A stretch of 64,000 nt of DNA from Eledone cirrhosa (Eukaryota): assembly GCA_964016885.1 (NCBI GenBank), contig OZ024742.1, positions 6,076,001 to 6,140,000 on the forward strand, written 5' to 3'. The position numbers and the translations under genes were made by a program. Each line of letters opens with the position of its first letter. Positions within the stretch are counted from its first letter, which is position 1. Of the stretch, positions 1 through 10,959 are shown piece after piece. Below the pieces are notes generated by a model. It was not told where the DNA came from. It saw nothing but the letters and a program-made list of their open reading frames with translations, and ran no database searches.

Positions 1-1150
1 CAAAATGATTAAGGCCCCAGAGGACACATATAAAACACTAAAAAACAACGTCGGTCCCATTAACCGCGTTCTCCTAAAAACTTGCCCACCCCTCCCCAAA
101 CACTCACACAACTCCAAACACCCCAACCACACAACACACTGATGCCTCCACACTTCCACAAACCATCACCCCACCCAACAACCCATCCCCCACCCTCATG
201 GAAATTGTGCAGCCCGTTACCCGGGACGCAGAGAGGTAAGAGCCGTTTCTCTTCACCACCAACATGGCTATGCTAAGAGTAGGCTGTCTAAATGCGCGTG
301 GCCTGGGCTCAACTTGGAAGCAAGCAATGCTTCTAAATGACCTCAGGTCACAACGTATATATGTGATGGTTATTTGCGAGGCCCGGATCAGCAACGTGCG
401 ACAGCTGGCCCCCACCTTTGATGACTTTGAGATGCACGCATCTCTCTGTCAGCCCGGAGGTGGGGGTAGGGTTGTCGTTCTGCTGCAAAAACATCTGGGT
501 CTCGCAACACAGACGGTACATTTGGACCCGGAGGGTCGACTAGTGGTTCTGGACCTTGGCAGTGGTGAAGGCGGAGCGTTTAGGTTGGTAGCCGTCTACG
601 GCCCTTTCGGGTCAATGCGGCCGGACTTCTTCCATCGTCTGGAGACTTTTCTAGGGACTAATAGCTCCTTGCTATTAGTGGGGGACTGGAATGGTATCCT
701 AGATGCACGTTGGGACTACGTAGGGGCCTGTCCCGATAGAGAGGGGTGTAATAGCCTCAAAGGGTTAATCGGTCGATTTGACCTGGCCGATAGATATCGA
801 CTAGATTTTCCGACTACGCCAACCTGGACTTGGGCAAACCGCAGCGGATCATCTAGGCCATACCTAGATAGGTTCTTAGTTAGAAATAAGGATAAGGACT
901 TTGTAAGTTGTCCAAAAATGCGCATGGTTGGCTATTCAGACCACAAGTTAGTGACCTGCATGGTCAACCTTGACAGAACGCATAGACAAGGACCCGGTTA
1001 CTGGAAGCTCAACTTGTCCTTACCGGCAAGTAAGGCTTACAGGGACCGGATTAGCACTTTAGTTAAGGAGCGGTTGACGGGCGCCATCGTCAACAGCAGG
1101 TGGCGGGGATCTCTCAAAAGAGAGATTAGAGTAGTCTCTATAGAATTTAG
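1..1150 (+). mobile_element. Tx1/L1-clade LINE fragment (ORF1 tail plus APE endonuclease part of ORF2)
   Basis: ORF from 264 has APE motifs (CLNARGL, ICEARI, LVAVYGP, LVGDWNG, YLDRFLV, YSDHKLV, GPGYWKLN) and is clearly homologous to the ORF2 starts at 16843 and 37128. Homology stops at ~1150, before RT. Confidence 0.9.
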
Positions 1151-1254
1151 GACACAAAAAATAAAAGTTCACACCATCCTTCCGATTATGGACATATGGT
1201 GGGTATTGACAGGTTTCCTGGACCTAGACGATAACACACTAATATCCATGGGAA
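1151..1254 (+). pseudogene. Fragment of a Tx1 ORF1 fused in frame to the APE domain
   Basis: RTQKIKVHTILPIMDIWWVLTGFLDLDDNTLISMGK aligns by eye with RTMKVRIPSIPPGMNIWWLLGCVIEEGTDTTLLDIKR of the ORF1 at 14859. Confidence 0.7.
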
Positions 1255-1278
1255 AGGCGACGTCCCGTCTGTCCGACT

Positions 1279-1530
1279 TATGTCGGACAGACGGGACGTC
1301 GCCTGGCGGACCGAGTCACGGAGCACCTCCGGGATATTCGTCTCGGGGGCAGTTCCCCCATCGCCCGCCACTTTGGTGGCCCTGGACACTCCGCACGCCA
1401 TCTCACAGTCTGTGGCCTACTCCAGTGCCACGGAACACCCGCCCATCGCCTTACGGTCGAACAACGAACTATCTTCATCTTACAGACCCACGCTCCCCCC
1501 GGCCTGAACTCCCCACCCTTATTCCTTTAG
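1279..1530 (+). pseudogene. GIY-YIG endonuclease C-terminal fragment (PLE, Neptune-like); not in the ORF track
   Basis: Manual translation gives YVGQTGRRLADRVTEHLRDIRLGGSSPIARHFGGPGHSARHLTVCGLLQCHGTPAHRLTVEQRTIFILQTHAPPGLNSPPLFL*. Confidence 0.85.
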
Positions 1531-2877
1531 CGTTCGACCGCCCCCCTCTCCCCACACTTATCCCCCACTAACACCACTAACACACCCCTCCTTTTCACCG
1601 CCCACCCCACACTAACAATACTAACACCTCCACTCCACCCCTCATCTGACCACCCTTCCCCAACTAATATACTAACATCCCTTCCCTCCCCTCTTCTCCT
1701 CCTCCCCCATCCTTATCACACGCACACACGCACCCACTTACACCACCCACCCACACGCAACTAACATCACTAACACCCCCCCAACCCCACGCACACGTAC
1801 CCACACACCCTCGTACACCACCAACTCTACACACCCTACCACCACTAACCCCCACTCACACCTGCATTCCACCCCTCCCCACCTACCGTATACTAACACC
1901 CACTAACACCTCTTCACCATACTACACACACACCAGTACACCACACTCCCTCCATAGAACCACACACACCCTTCTCTCCCCGCTCCACCCACACCCCCGC
2001 TCCACACTCACTCATCCCACTAACACCCCTATTAATACACACACACACACACCCTCCTCACTCCAACTCTCACACCTACCCATCCTCGCCCCCTATCATT
2101 CCACCGACTGCTGCTATGCCCTTTTGACCACCTCCCAGCACCAACAGACCACAGCACTCCCACTGCTGACCACTTCCTGTTGCGCGAGCACCCCACATCT
2201 CTCCTCTTCCGACCACCGCTTCATGGATTACCCACACGCAGAAATTGACTTATAACCAAATCTCCAAACATCCTTGGAACTTACAAACTTTTCAACCATC
2301 CTCTTACGTCATCACCTATATAACTCACACACACCCCCCCAAAAAATGTTTCTCCACACGCCACCTACACCCACAACACGCTTAAACCCCACACACACGT
2401 GCTTCCCACCACACATTTACACCCTCAGCCTCTTGATTCCTCTCCCCCCACCCCCTATCCACACACGCACGGACACTCCGACGCACAAAAACACCCCCCA
2501 CACACACCTCTTCCTGAACATGCAACCCCGTTCTTACCCCAACCCTCACTTTCACATACACACACACACACACGCACACCTACACACACACACCACCTTC
2601 AGCCCTCCCCGCTCGGACACCCCGTCTCCCTCTCCCCACCCGCCACCACCCCTACTCACCCCACACCCTTCCACCACCTGTTTACCCCCCTTTTAATTTC
2701 AGTTTATTTTGATCATGCCTTTATTTTTAAATTTTCTCATTCCTTGTATTTTGATCATGCTTTATTTTCATTTTTTATTTTTTATCTTTATTAATTTTTC
2801 ATTCGCACCGTTTCCTTTCGCTATATGTCTCTCCACCACTCCCCTACACACCTTTTGAACTCTGTTCCCACACGCTT

Positions 2878-2912
2878 CTCACCTGAGGAACGGCTTATGC
2901 CCGAAACGTCGT
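2878..2912 (+). ncRNA. Minimal hammerhead-like motif of the PLE terminal repeat (stem I weak)
   Basis: CTGAGGA-ac-GGC-ttat-GCC-c-GAAA-CG-TC with an ACGT palindrome. The stem I partner is poor. Confidence 0.5.
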
Positions 2913-2999
2913 CCCCCACCTACCCCCCACTCTCCTGAGCGTGAATTTAATAAACATTTATTGTACTGCCTCTCTGTTCTGTCCCTGTTCAAATTTTTC

Positions 3000-3041
<42 letters not shown>

Positions 3042-3161
3042 GATAGACATAGAATATTCGAAAATATTCTGTATGTTTATAATAAACATTTTGAAGACCT
3101 AATCGCTATAGAATAGAATACGTCACGTATTACAATTAGATTCTCGATAAAAGCAAGGGAA

Positions 3162-3204
3162 GTAACCTACGCGTTTCATTCTTATTAGAAATCTTCAGGA
3201 TTAC
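3162..3204 (-). ncRNA. Type I hammerhead ribozyme (array copy 1)
   Basis: Reverse complement reads gtaatc-CTGAAGA-t-ttct-aata-agaa-t-GAAA-cgcg-TA-ggttac. Confidence 0.85.
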
Positions 3205-3471
3205 ATATCCAGTGCTTTTATCGAGAATGACACAGCTAGAGACTTATAGAATACTTAGCTGTGTACAGGAACTGGTTTGAAAGAGCGGTTGCCGGTCCGG
3301 CAGAAATTAGAAATTGGAATAAATGCTCTGAAATAGCGATATATATGTGAAGATAGACATAGAATATTCGAAAATATTCTGTATGTTTATAATAAACATT
3401 TTGAAGACCTAATCGCTATAGAATAGAATACGTCACGTATTACAATTAGATTCTCGATAAAAGCAAGGGAA

Positions 3472-3514
3472 GTAACCTACGCGTTTCATTCTTATTATAA
3501 ATCTTCAGGATTAC
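3472..3514 (-). ncRNA. Type I hammerhead ribozyme (array copy 2, stem II variant)
   Basis: Same as copy 1 but with ttat for ttct in stem II. Confidence 0.8.
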
Positions 3515-3846
3515 ATATCCAGTGCTTTTATCGAGAATGACACAGCTAGAGACTTATAGAATACTTAGCTGTGTACAGGAACTGGTTTGAAAGAGCGGTT
3601 GCCGGTCCGGCAGAAATTAGAAATTGGAATAAATGCTCTGAAATAGCGATATATATGTGAAGATAGACATAGAATATTTTCGAATATTCTATGTCTATCT
3701 TCACATATATATCGCTATTTCAGAGCATTTATTCCAATTTTTAATTTCTGCCGGACCGGCAACCGCTCTTTCAAACCAGTTCCTGTACACAGCTAAGTAT
3801 TCTATAAGTCTCTAGCTGTGTCATTCTCGATAAAAGCACTGGATAT

Positions 3847-3889
3847 GTAATCCTGAAGATTTATAATAAGAATGAAACGCGTAGGTTAC
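3847..3889 (+). ncRNA. Type I hammerhead ribozyme (array copy 3, stem II variant)
   Basis: gtaatc-CTGAAGA-tttataataagaat-GAAA-cgcg-TA-ggttac. Confidence 0.8.
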
Positions 3890-4156
3890 TTCCCTTGCTT
3901 TTATCGAGAATCTAATTGTAATACGTGACGTATTCTATTCTATAGCGATTAGGTCTTCAAAATGTTTATTATAAACATACAGAATATTTTCGAATATTCT
4001 ATGTCTATCTTCACATATATATCGCTATTTCAGAGCATTTATTCCGATTTCTAATTTCTGCCGGACCGGCAACCGCTCTTTCAAACCAGTTCCTGTACAC
4101 AGCTAAGTATTCTATAAGTCTCTAGCTGTGTCATTCTCGATAAAAGCACTGGATAT

Positions 4157-4199
4157 GTAATCCTGAAGATTTCTAATAAGAATGAAACGCGTAGGTTAC
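4157..4199 (+). ncRNA. Type I hammerhead ribozyme (array copy 4)
   Basis: gtaatc-CTGAAGA-tttctaataagaat-GAAA-cgcg-TA-ggttac, enclosed by TTCTCGATAAAAGCA / TGCTTTTATCGAGAA extending stem I. Confidence 0.85.
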
Positions 4200-4466
4200 T
4201 TCCCTTGCTTTTATCGAGAATCTAATTGTAATACGTGACGTATTCTATTCTATAGCGATTAGGTCTTCAAAATGTTTATTATAAACATACAGAATATTTT
4301 CGAATATTCTATGTCTATCTTCACATATATATCGCTATTTCAGAGCATTTATTCCAATTTCTAATTTCTGCCGGACCGGCAACCGCTCTTTCAAACCAGT
4401 TCCTGTACACAGCTAAGTATTCTATAAGTCTCTAGCTGTGTCATTCTCGATAAAAGCACTGGATAT

Positions 4467-4509
4467 GTAATCCTGAAGATTTCTAATAAGAATGAAACGC
4501 GTAGGTTAC
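4467..4509 (+). ncRNA. Type I hammerhead ribozyme (array copy 5)
   Basis: Identical motif to copy 4. Confidence 0.85.
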
Positions 4510-4671
4510 TTCCCTTGCTTTTATCGAGAATCTAATTGTAATACGTGACGTATTCTATTCTATAGCGATTAGGTCTTCAAAATGTTTATTATAAACATAC
4601 AGAATATTTTCGAATATTCTATGTCTATCTTCACATATATATCGCTATTTCAGAGCATTTATTCCAATATA

Positions 4672-5763
4672 TATATATATATTTAATACAATAACAGAGA
4701 TAGTTAAAAGCTAAACTCTGACTGGTAACCATCTCACTCAACAAACATTAGGTTATATTTTAATATAAACCCAATTTAAGTGTTTGGGGTGCTAACAATA
4801 TGTATTATGTGGAAAAGCCAGTTGTATTATTTTATGAGATATAATTAAAGTTAAAATATATCTCTCTTTCCAAACAATTGTTTCATTATAAGTTTTCTAC
4901 AAATTGGGAGAATTTTTCCAGTTTATGTAGAAACCTAATATACATTCATGTAAGAATATATTTAGGTGGGTACTTATAAATCATCAGTGGAAGCCCATTA
5001 AACTTTGATATAAGAAAAAAATTCTTACCGCAGTTAAAAATCGTGTCTGCTAAGCCGCTCCGTCTCGCATCGAATGACCGCCAAATTTGAAATTCCAGCA
5101 GTTTTTGACTGAGGAAGTATTATAGTGTCACGAAGCGGGAAGGGGAGACAACTACGATCCAGGAAAGGAGAAAAAATAATATACACGCGGGTTAATTAGT
5201 TTTTTCGAAAACATTATCAATCCAACGTGTTAAGAACTCAATTGAAATTAAAAAAATAAATGTATGCGTGTATAAATTACACACGCATATAGATATTTTC
5301 TTAGGCTAAAATCAGAAGTTGTACCCGAATAAGAAACCGCATCTCATAACCGTAGTAAATATGGAAAGTTATGCTTTAAAAGGCAAATGGGAATGTAAAT
5401 CTCCGGCCGAATTAAGAGTAAAATATAAAACACACGCGGGTTAACTAGTTATTTCAAAACCAATATCAATTCCTCGTGTTAAGAACTCAATTAATTTAAA
5501 AAAAAAAAATGTATACATGTAATTATATACACAGGCATATATATATTTTCCTAGGCTAAAAAACAGAGAAGTTACAACAAAAAAACCCCACAATATTCCA
5601 CAACAGTAATAAATACGGAAAGTCAAATTTATAAGGTACCTGGAAATAAACACCTCTGGCCAATCAAGAGTAAAATATTTAATACAATAACAGAGATAGT
5701 TAAAAGCTAAACTCTGACTGGTAACCATCTCACTCAACAAACATTAGGTTATATTTTAATATA
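4672..5763 (-). mobile_element. ~1-kb non-coding HHR-bearing element with ~90-bp terminal direct repeats
   Basis: TAATACAATAACAGAGATAG...TATTTTAATATA occurs at 4684-4767 and 5680-5763 (offset 996). Internal imperfect ~250-bp duplication (~5172 / ~5421) and an HHR at 4867-4993. Confidence 0.7.
4867..4993 (-). ncRNA. Type I hammerhead ribozyme with long branched stem II
   Basis: Reverse complement reads ttcca-CTGATGA-t-ttataagt...acttataa-t-GAAA-caattg-TT-tggaa, with an ACAATTGT palindrome in stem III. Confidence 0.8.
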
Positions 5764-5853
5764 TATAAGCATACACACACGTACATACACGCACATACAT
5801 AAATGTATATATATATATATATACATATATATACCCATGCACACATACATACA

Positions 5854-5926
<73 letters not shown>

Positions 5927-5949
5927 ATACACACATATATACATGCATA

Positions 5950-6230
5950 TATCTAAGGCGGGTAAAATTCCCGAGATCCATGGACGAGTTCTCTCCAGCG
6001 GTCTCTGTCCCTCATTATCGCTGCCATGTCCTGCGTCTCCAACAGGCCAGTGTATGTCCTTAGGGCATCAACATACGTTAACCTTGGTCTTCCTCTTCTA
6101 GTGTGTCCATATAGGGGCTCACAAAGGACCACTGAGTGCAATGTCAACTCTGGATGTCGGTGAGCATGTCCAGCTAACCTCAGTCTCCTCTGTGTCACTT
6201 TTGAGCTGACTTTTGGGATGCTCCCATACA
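5950..6230 (-). mobile_element. 3' end fragment of an RTE-like LINE
   Basis: RRLRLAGHAHRHPE...[16 protein letters not shown]...[11 protein letters not shown] is a typical RTE-group C-terminus. A second copy lies at 28610-28838. Confidence 0.75.
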
Positions 6231-6495
6231 TGCATATATATATATATATATATACCCATACACACATACATACGTACATAACACACATACAATCTCACAT
6301 CATACACGCTTGTATATACACCCACCATGCTTCTAGCTACATTCATTGTTGGTTATGTCAAAATCTTAATTAATTAGTGAATATTATGCTCTGATGAAAT
6401 CCCTGGAGGGAGAAGTATCTATAGCAGCCTCTGACACCATGTTCTTCCCAACAAATTCCTCTTCATTGTTTTATATTGTTATCTAACATATATAG

Positions 6496-7270
6496 AGGGC
6501 GGTAGATAGTCATCAGAATCAGTAGAGCGTCGGACAAAATGTTGTGTGATATTTAGTTACAACCTTCAACCTTCTGAGTTCAAATCCTGCCGAAGTTAGC
6601 TTTACCTTTCATCCTTACAGGGTTCGATAGAATAAAGTACCAGTAATACATTGGGGTCGATTTAATCAACTTTCCTCTCCCCTAAAATGGTTGGCCTTGT
6701 GTCTAAATCAGAAACCATTATTATATACGATCTGAGTTCAAATCCCGGCGAGGTTGACTTTGCCTTTCATCCTTACGGGGTCGATAAAATAAAAGTACCA
6801 GTAATGCACTGGGGATTTGCTGGCCTTGTGCCTAAAGTAGAAACAATTATTATATGTATGGTGGATTGGCAGTATCGGTAGGGGGTTGGACGCCATGCTT
6901 TGCAGCAAAGAGTTACGGCCCTTTATGGTCTGAGTTCAAATCTCGCCGAGGTTAACTTTGCCTTTCATTCTTACAGGGTCGATAAAATAAAGTACCAGTA
7001 ATATACTGGAATAATTGCTGGCCTTGTGCCAAAAATAGAAACAATTATTATTAAGGGCGATGTATTAGTAGTACCGATAGAGCGTCGGCCAACATTTTTT
7101 GTGGTATAGAGTTATGGCCCTTTATATTCTGAGTGCTAATCCTGTCGAGATTAGCTTTACCTTTCGTCTTTGTGGGGTAAAGTAAAGTACCAGTAATGTA
7201 CTGCGGTCAATATAATCGACTTCCCCTCCTCTAAAATTGTTGACCTTGTGCCTGAATCAAAAACCTTTAT
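6496..7270 (+). mobile_element. Four head-to-tail tRNA-derived SINE copies (octopus OR-type-like)
   Basis: Repeated B-box-like GAGTTCAAATCC, core CTTTGCCTTTCATCC..GGGGTCGATAAAATAAAGTACCAG and tail GGCCTTGTG..AGAAAC-ATTATT. Copies at ~6496-6722, 6730-6852, 6858-7052 and 7055-7270. Confidence 0.85.
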
Positions 7271-8134
7271 TATCCTAAATGCAGTTATTTATAAGAAGAG
7301 TTGAGATAGTGCATGTAAGATTTCACAGCATCACGCCTTCACAGTCAGCCTATGAACTTTTCAGCCCACCCTCTCTCTCTCCCTCTCACACACATATATA
7401 TATTTGAAAAATATTTGAATATATTTATGTATGTATGTATGAATGTATGTATGAATGTGTGTATGTATGTATGTATGTATGTATGTGTATAAATGTATGT
7501 ATGTAAGTGTGTATGAATGTATGTATGTATGTGTGTATGAATGTATGTTTTTTTTTTTATCTTTTGATGCCGCTGTTGTTGTTGTTGTAAATGTTCATTT
7601 CAGTTCATTCTGAAGCTGTTGTTGCTGTAAACATTAGTGCCGGTGTTGTTGTTGTAGATGGGGTTGAAATCTGGTCGTTTGACTGAGTGATGTATATACA
7701 CACATATACATACATATATATATATATACATTCAACAGAGAGTAGAGAGTTTGACAACAGGTCGATGAATTTAGTCTAGATAGGGTATGGTATGGTAATG
7801 ACATGTGATGGTGCGGAGAGAGTGTAGACGTTATTGTGGTGGCGGGGGACAGTGCGATGTATCTAGTTCATTTGACCATTTTCTTCTCTTTGCAAAATTT
7901 GAATTTTAGCCATGTTATATTGAGATGTAAGTAAATGTAAAATGTAAAATATAAATAAGGATTGCTCTGCTAAAATATACTAAAATATTTGTGTAACTTC
8001 CACAAACTTCTGTCGTGACATTCCCGAGTCCAGTGACCAACAAATTGTTGTATTTTGATGTTTCAGAATACAAAAATTACCACCACTACCGCCGCCGCCA
8101 TCACCAGCGACCGAGCCTTAATAAAACAACTTTA

Positions 8135-8285
8135 ATAATAATTTTTCTGCTTTTGGCACGGATCCAACGACTGGCCCAGCGCATGACTGGTACTCTCTTT
8201 TGTTGACTCCGTGGGGATGAAAGGCAAGGTTGACCTCGGTGGGATTTGAGCTCAGAGCGTGGAGAGCCATAACTCTATGCTGTAA
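8135..8285 (-). mobile_element. SINE copy, same family
   Basis: Reverse complement contains GAGCTCAAATCCCACCGAGGTCAACCTTGCCTTTCATCC and an ATTATT tail. Confidence 0.75.
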
Positions 8286-8390
8286 AGCAATTATAATAAT
8301 ACTGGACTGTAATACGATCGGTTTCAACTATACAAACTCTTGAAAGTCAACAGTTGACATAATCTTGTAATCTTGTATCAGTAAAGACGG

Positions 8391-8456
<66 letters not shown>

Positions 8457-8741
8457 GTGTGTGTGTGAGTAGAGTAGCGTGTGTGTGTTTGTTTGTATGT
8501 ATGAGTGTTGCTGTGTGCGCGTGTGTGTATGTCGTACTTATAAGTGTCAATAAGTGATTTTTTTTTTTTTTTTTTTTTGCGCGGGGACATAGAAATCATC
8601 GGGTTATAGCTACTGTCGCTCAGAGAGTGGGATTGGCTCAGTGCACAGTCTTTCCTCACTTTAAAAATATTCGTTACGCACAGGCATTGCACGAGTGCAT
8701 TAATAATTATTAATAGTGTACTATTATTATTATTATTATTA

Positions 8742-10852
8742 CAGTTGCATTTATCTTGCTTTATGTTCATACGAGTTATCACGAAGTCACAACCAGTGAC
8801 CTCAAGAGACAACAAGGTCCGCCATGTTCAAGAAAGAACATACATACTCACACATGCATCTTTAGTGTTTAGATTTGTGATGTACTTATATTGACAGAAT
8901 CTTCCTTAGTATATGGGCAGTTCCCATTAGTACTATCTTTTGTATTTCTCCTATACGCGGGTTTCCTGGGATTTGCGATAAGTAATCATTAGACCCCTTA
9001 GGTATCATTCCCAGAGCGCCTACAACCACTGGTATTGTTTTAGTTCTCAATTTACACATTTTTCCAATTTCTATCTCCAGGTCCTTATACTTGCTCAATT
9101 TTTCAAATGTTTTTATAGATACATTCTTGTCTATTGGAACAGACATATCAATTAGCAGGCATGCCCTCTTTTGAAAGTCCTTCAATATTATATCAGGTCT
9201 ATTTGCATCTATTGTTCGGTCTGTTTGGATGCTAAAGTTCCACAAGATTGAGATGTGATCTTTTTCAAGTATGGGAGGTGGTTGATGCTCCCACCAATTC
9301 TTTTGATGGGGCAGGTCAAAATGTTTACACATTATCCAATGTATGTATTGTGCAGCTCTGTCATGCCTGTTTAGGTATTCGGTTGGAGCTATAGGACTGC
9401 ACATTGAAATTATATGGTCAATGGTCTCTGGTTGTTTTTTGCATACACGGCATAATGGGCTGCATCCATTTTTTATTATGTTGGCTTGGTAATTTTTTGT
9501 TGGCAGACACTGATCTTGTGCTGATATAATCAGTCCTTCAGTCTCCGATTTCAGTCCAGAGGATGCCAACCACTGATGGGTTAAAGTTTTGTCAACATCA
9601 GGATTGTTAGCTCGCTCTGGGTATTTTCCATACAGAGGCTTTTCTTGCCATTTCTTAGCCAATTTATGTAGCAGTTCTTTCTTTGCAGTTACTTTTACCT
9701 GCTTTGCTTTTTCTGTGTTTTCCATTTCAGCAGTAAATGGGACTTCTGAAATTTGTAGTCCATTACTGTATCTTTGTGCATCTTTTGTAATGGAATATGA
9801 TCTTTTGATGCTTTCGTGTTTCAAAACGAGTTTGATCATCCAACCATGTGATTCCCTTAGATATGTAGATAATCCAATTGTTGCAGTTTTCAACGCAATG
9901 TCTAACTGGATTAACCCACGTCCTCCTTCTTTCCCAGGGAGATATATTCTATCTATATCAGCCTTAGGGTGATGCATTCTGTGCATGGTTAAGAATTTTC
10001 GAATTTTTGTATCGAGCCTACGGATCTCTGTGCTTGACCTGTTTATGACATTGTAACTGTAGGTTACTACTGGTATGGCAAGCGTGTTTATGGCATCGAT
10101 CCTATTCCTTGCATTCAATTCCGTTCTTAAGATTGCTCTTACTCTGCGGTAACATTCCTTTCTTATTCTTTCCCTCATTGTCGAGTGCTTGATTCCGTCT
10201 CCTTCACAAACACCTAGATATTTGTAAGTTTCCTCTTGATTAAGTTCTCTTATCACGTTCCCCCGATCAAGATTAATGTCTGAACTCTTCAGCAGCTTTC
10301 CTCTGGTGAACGTTGCTTTGGCGCATTTATCTAGTCCAAACTCCATTTTAATGTCATCACTGAACTGCTCCACAGTGGATAATAGCCCTTGCAATTGTTC
10401 ATCATTTTTTGCAAATAGTTTCAGGTCATCCATGTAGAACAGGTGATTAATGGTTTTGTCATAGACTTTATATCCATGTTTTGTTTCATTGAGCATTTTA
10501 CTTAATGGTATAAGTGCAATGCAGAATAAAAGCGGTGATAAAGAGTCACCCTGAAAAATTCCACAATTAATATTAACTTCTCCAGCTTCCAGTGATTTTG
10601 TTTCACTATTCAAAAGGAGTGTCGTTTTCCATGTCTTCATACTGAATGACAAAAACCTCCTGACAACGGGGGATATTTTGAAAATCTCTAAACATTTTTC
10701 AATCCAACTGTGTGGCAAACTATCGAATGCTTTTTTATAATATATCCAAGCAATCGATAGATTTTTGTGTCTATTATGACAATCTTCCAGTATCATTTTA
10801 TTAACCAGAAGCTGATCCTTACAGCCATATGAGCCTCGTTTACACCCTTTCT
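8742..10852 (-). mobile_element. 5'-truncated R4/Dong-type RLE LINE in a (TAA)n tract
   Basis: Near-identical to 40758-42868. Open frame with RT ([16 protein letters not shown]), CCHC finger ([14 protein letters not shown]), RHD and RLE (NRPDII..LID..K..KY). (TTA)n on both sides. Confidence 0.93.
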
Positions 10853-10884
10853 TATTACACCCTTTCTTCTTCTTCTTCTTCTTC

Positions 10885-10939
<55 letters not shown>

Positions 10940-10959
10940 TATTATTACTTTTTTTTTTC

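Larger units (their letters stand above)
1255..3002 (+). mobile_element. 5'-truncated Penelope-like element with 5' inversion, long C/A-rich 3' region and terminal HHR-like motif
   Basis: 23-bp perfect inverted repeat at 1255-1304, GIY-YIG C-terminal frame at 1279-1530, CTGAGGA..GAAACGTC at ~2883-2910, AATAAA near 2950, and a (TA)n tract at the end. Confidence 0.75.
3039..4668. mobile_element. 310-bp tandem repeat with a hammerhead ribozyme in each unit (retrozyme-like); 2 units on the minus strand and ~3.2 on the plus strand, around an inversion centre at ~3680
   Basis: GAAGATAGACAT recurs at 3039/3349/3659 and TCACATATAT at 3701/4011/4321/4631. No ORF. Flanked by (TA)n on both sides. Confidence 0.9.

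Noticed and set aside
6385-6428. Hammerhead at CTGATGAAATCCC..GGGAGAAG
   Set aside because: It has GAAG instead of GAAA and no convincing stem III. At best a decayed motif.
6496-6600. Functional tRNA gene
   Set aside because: The A/B-box-like head continues into SINE core and tail, and no cloverleaf can be formed.
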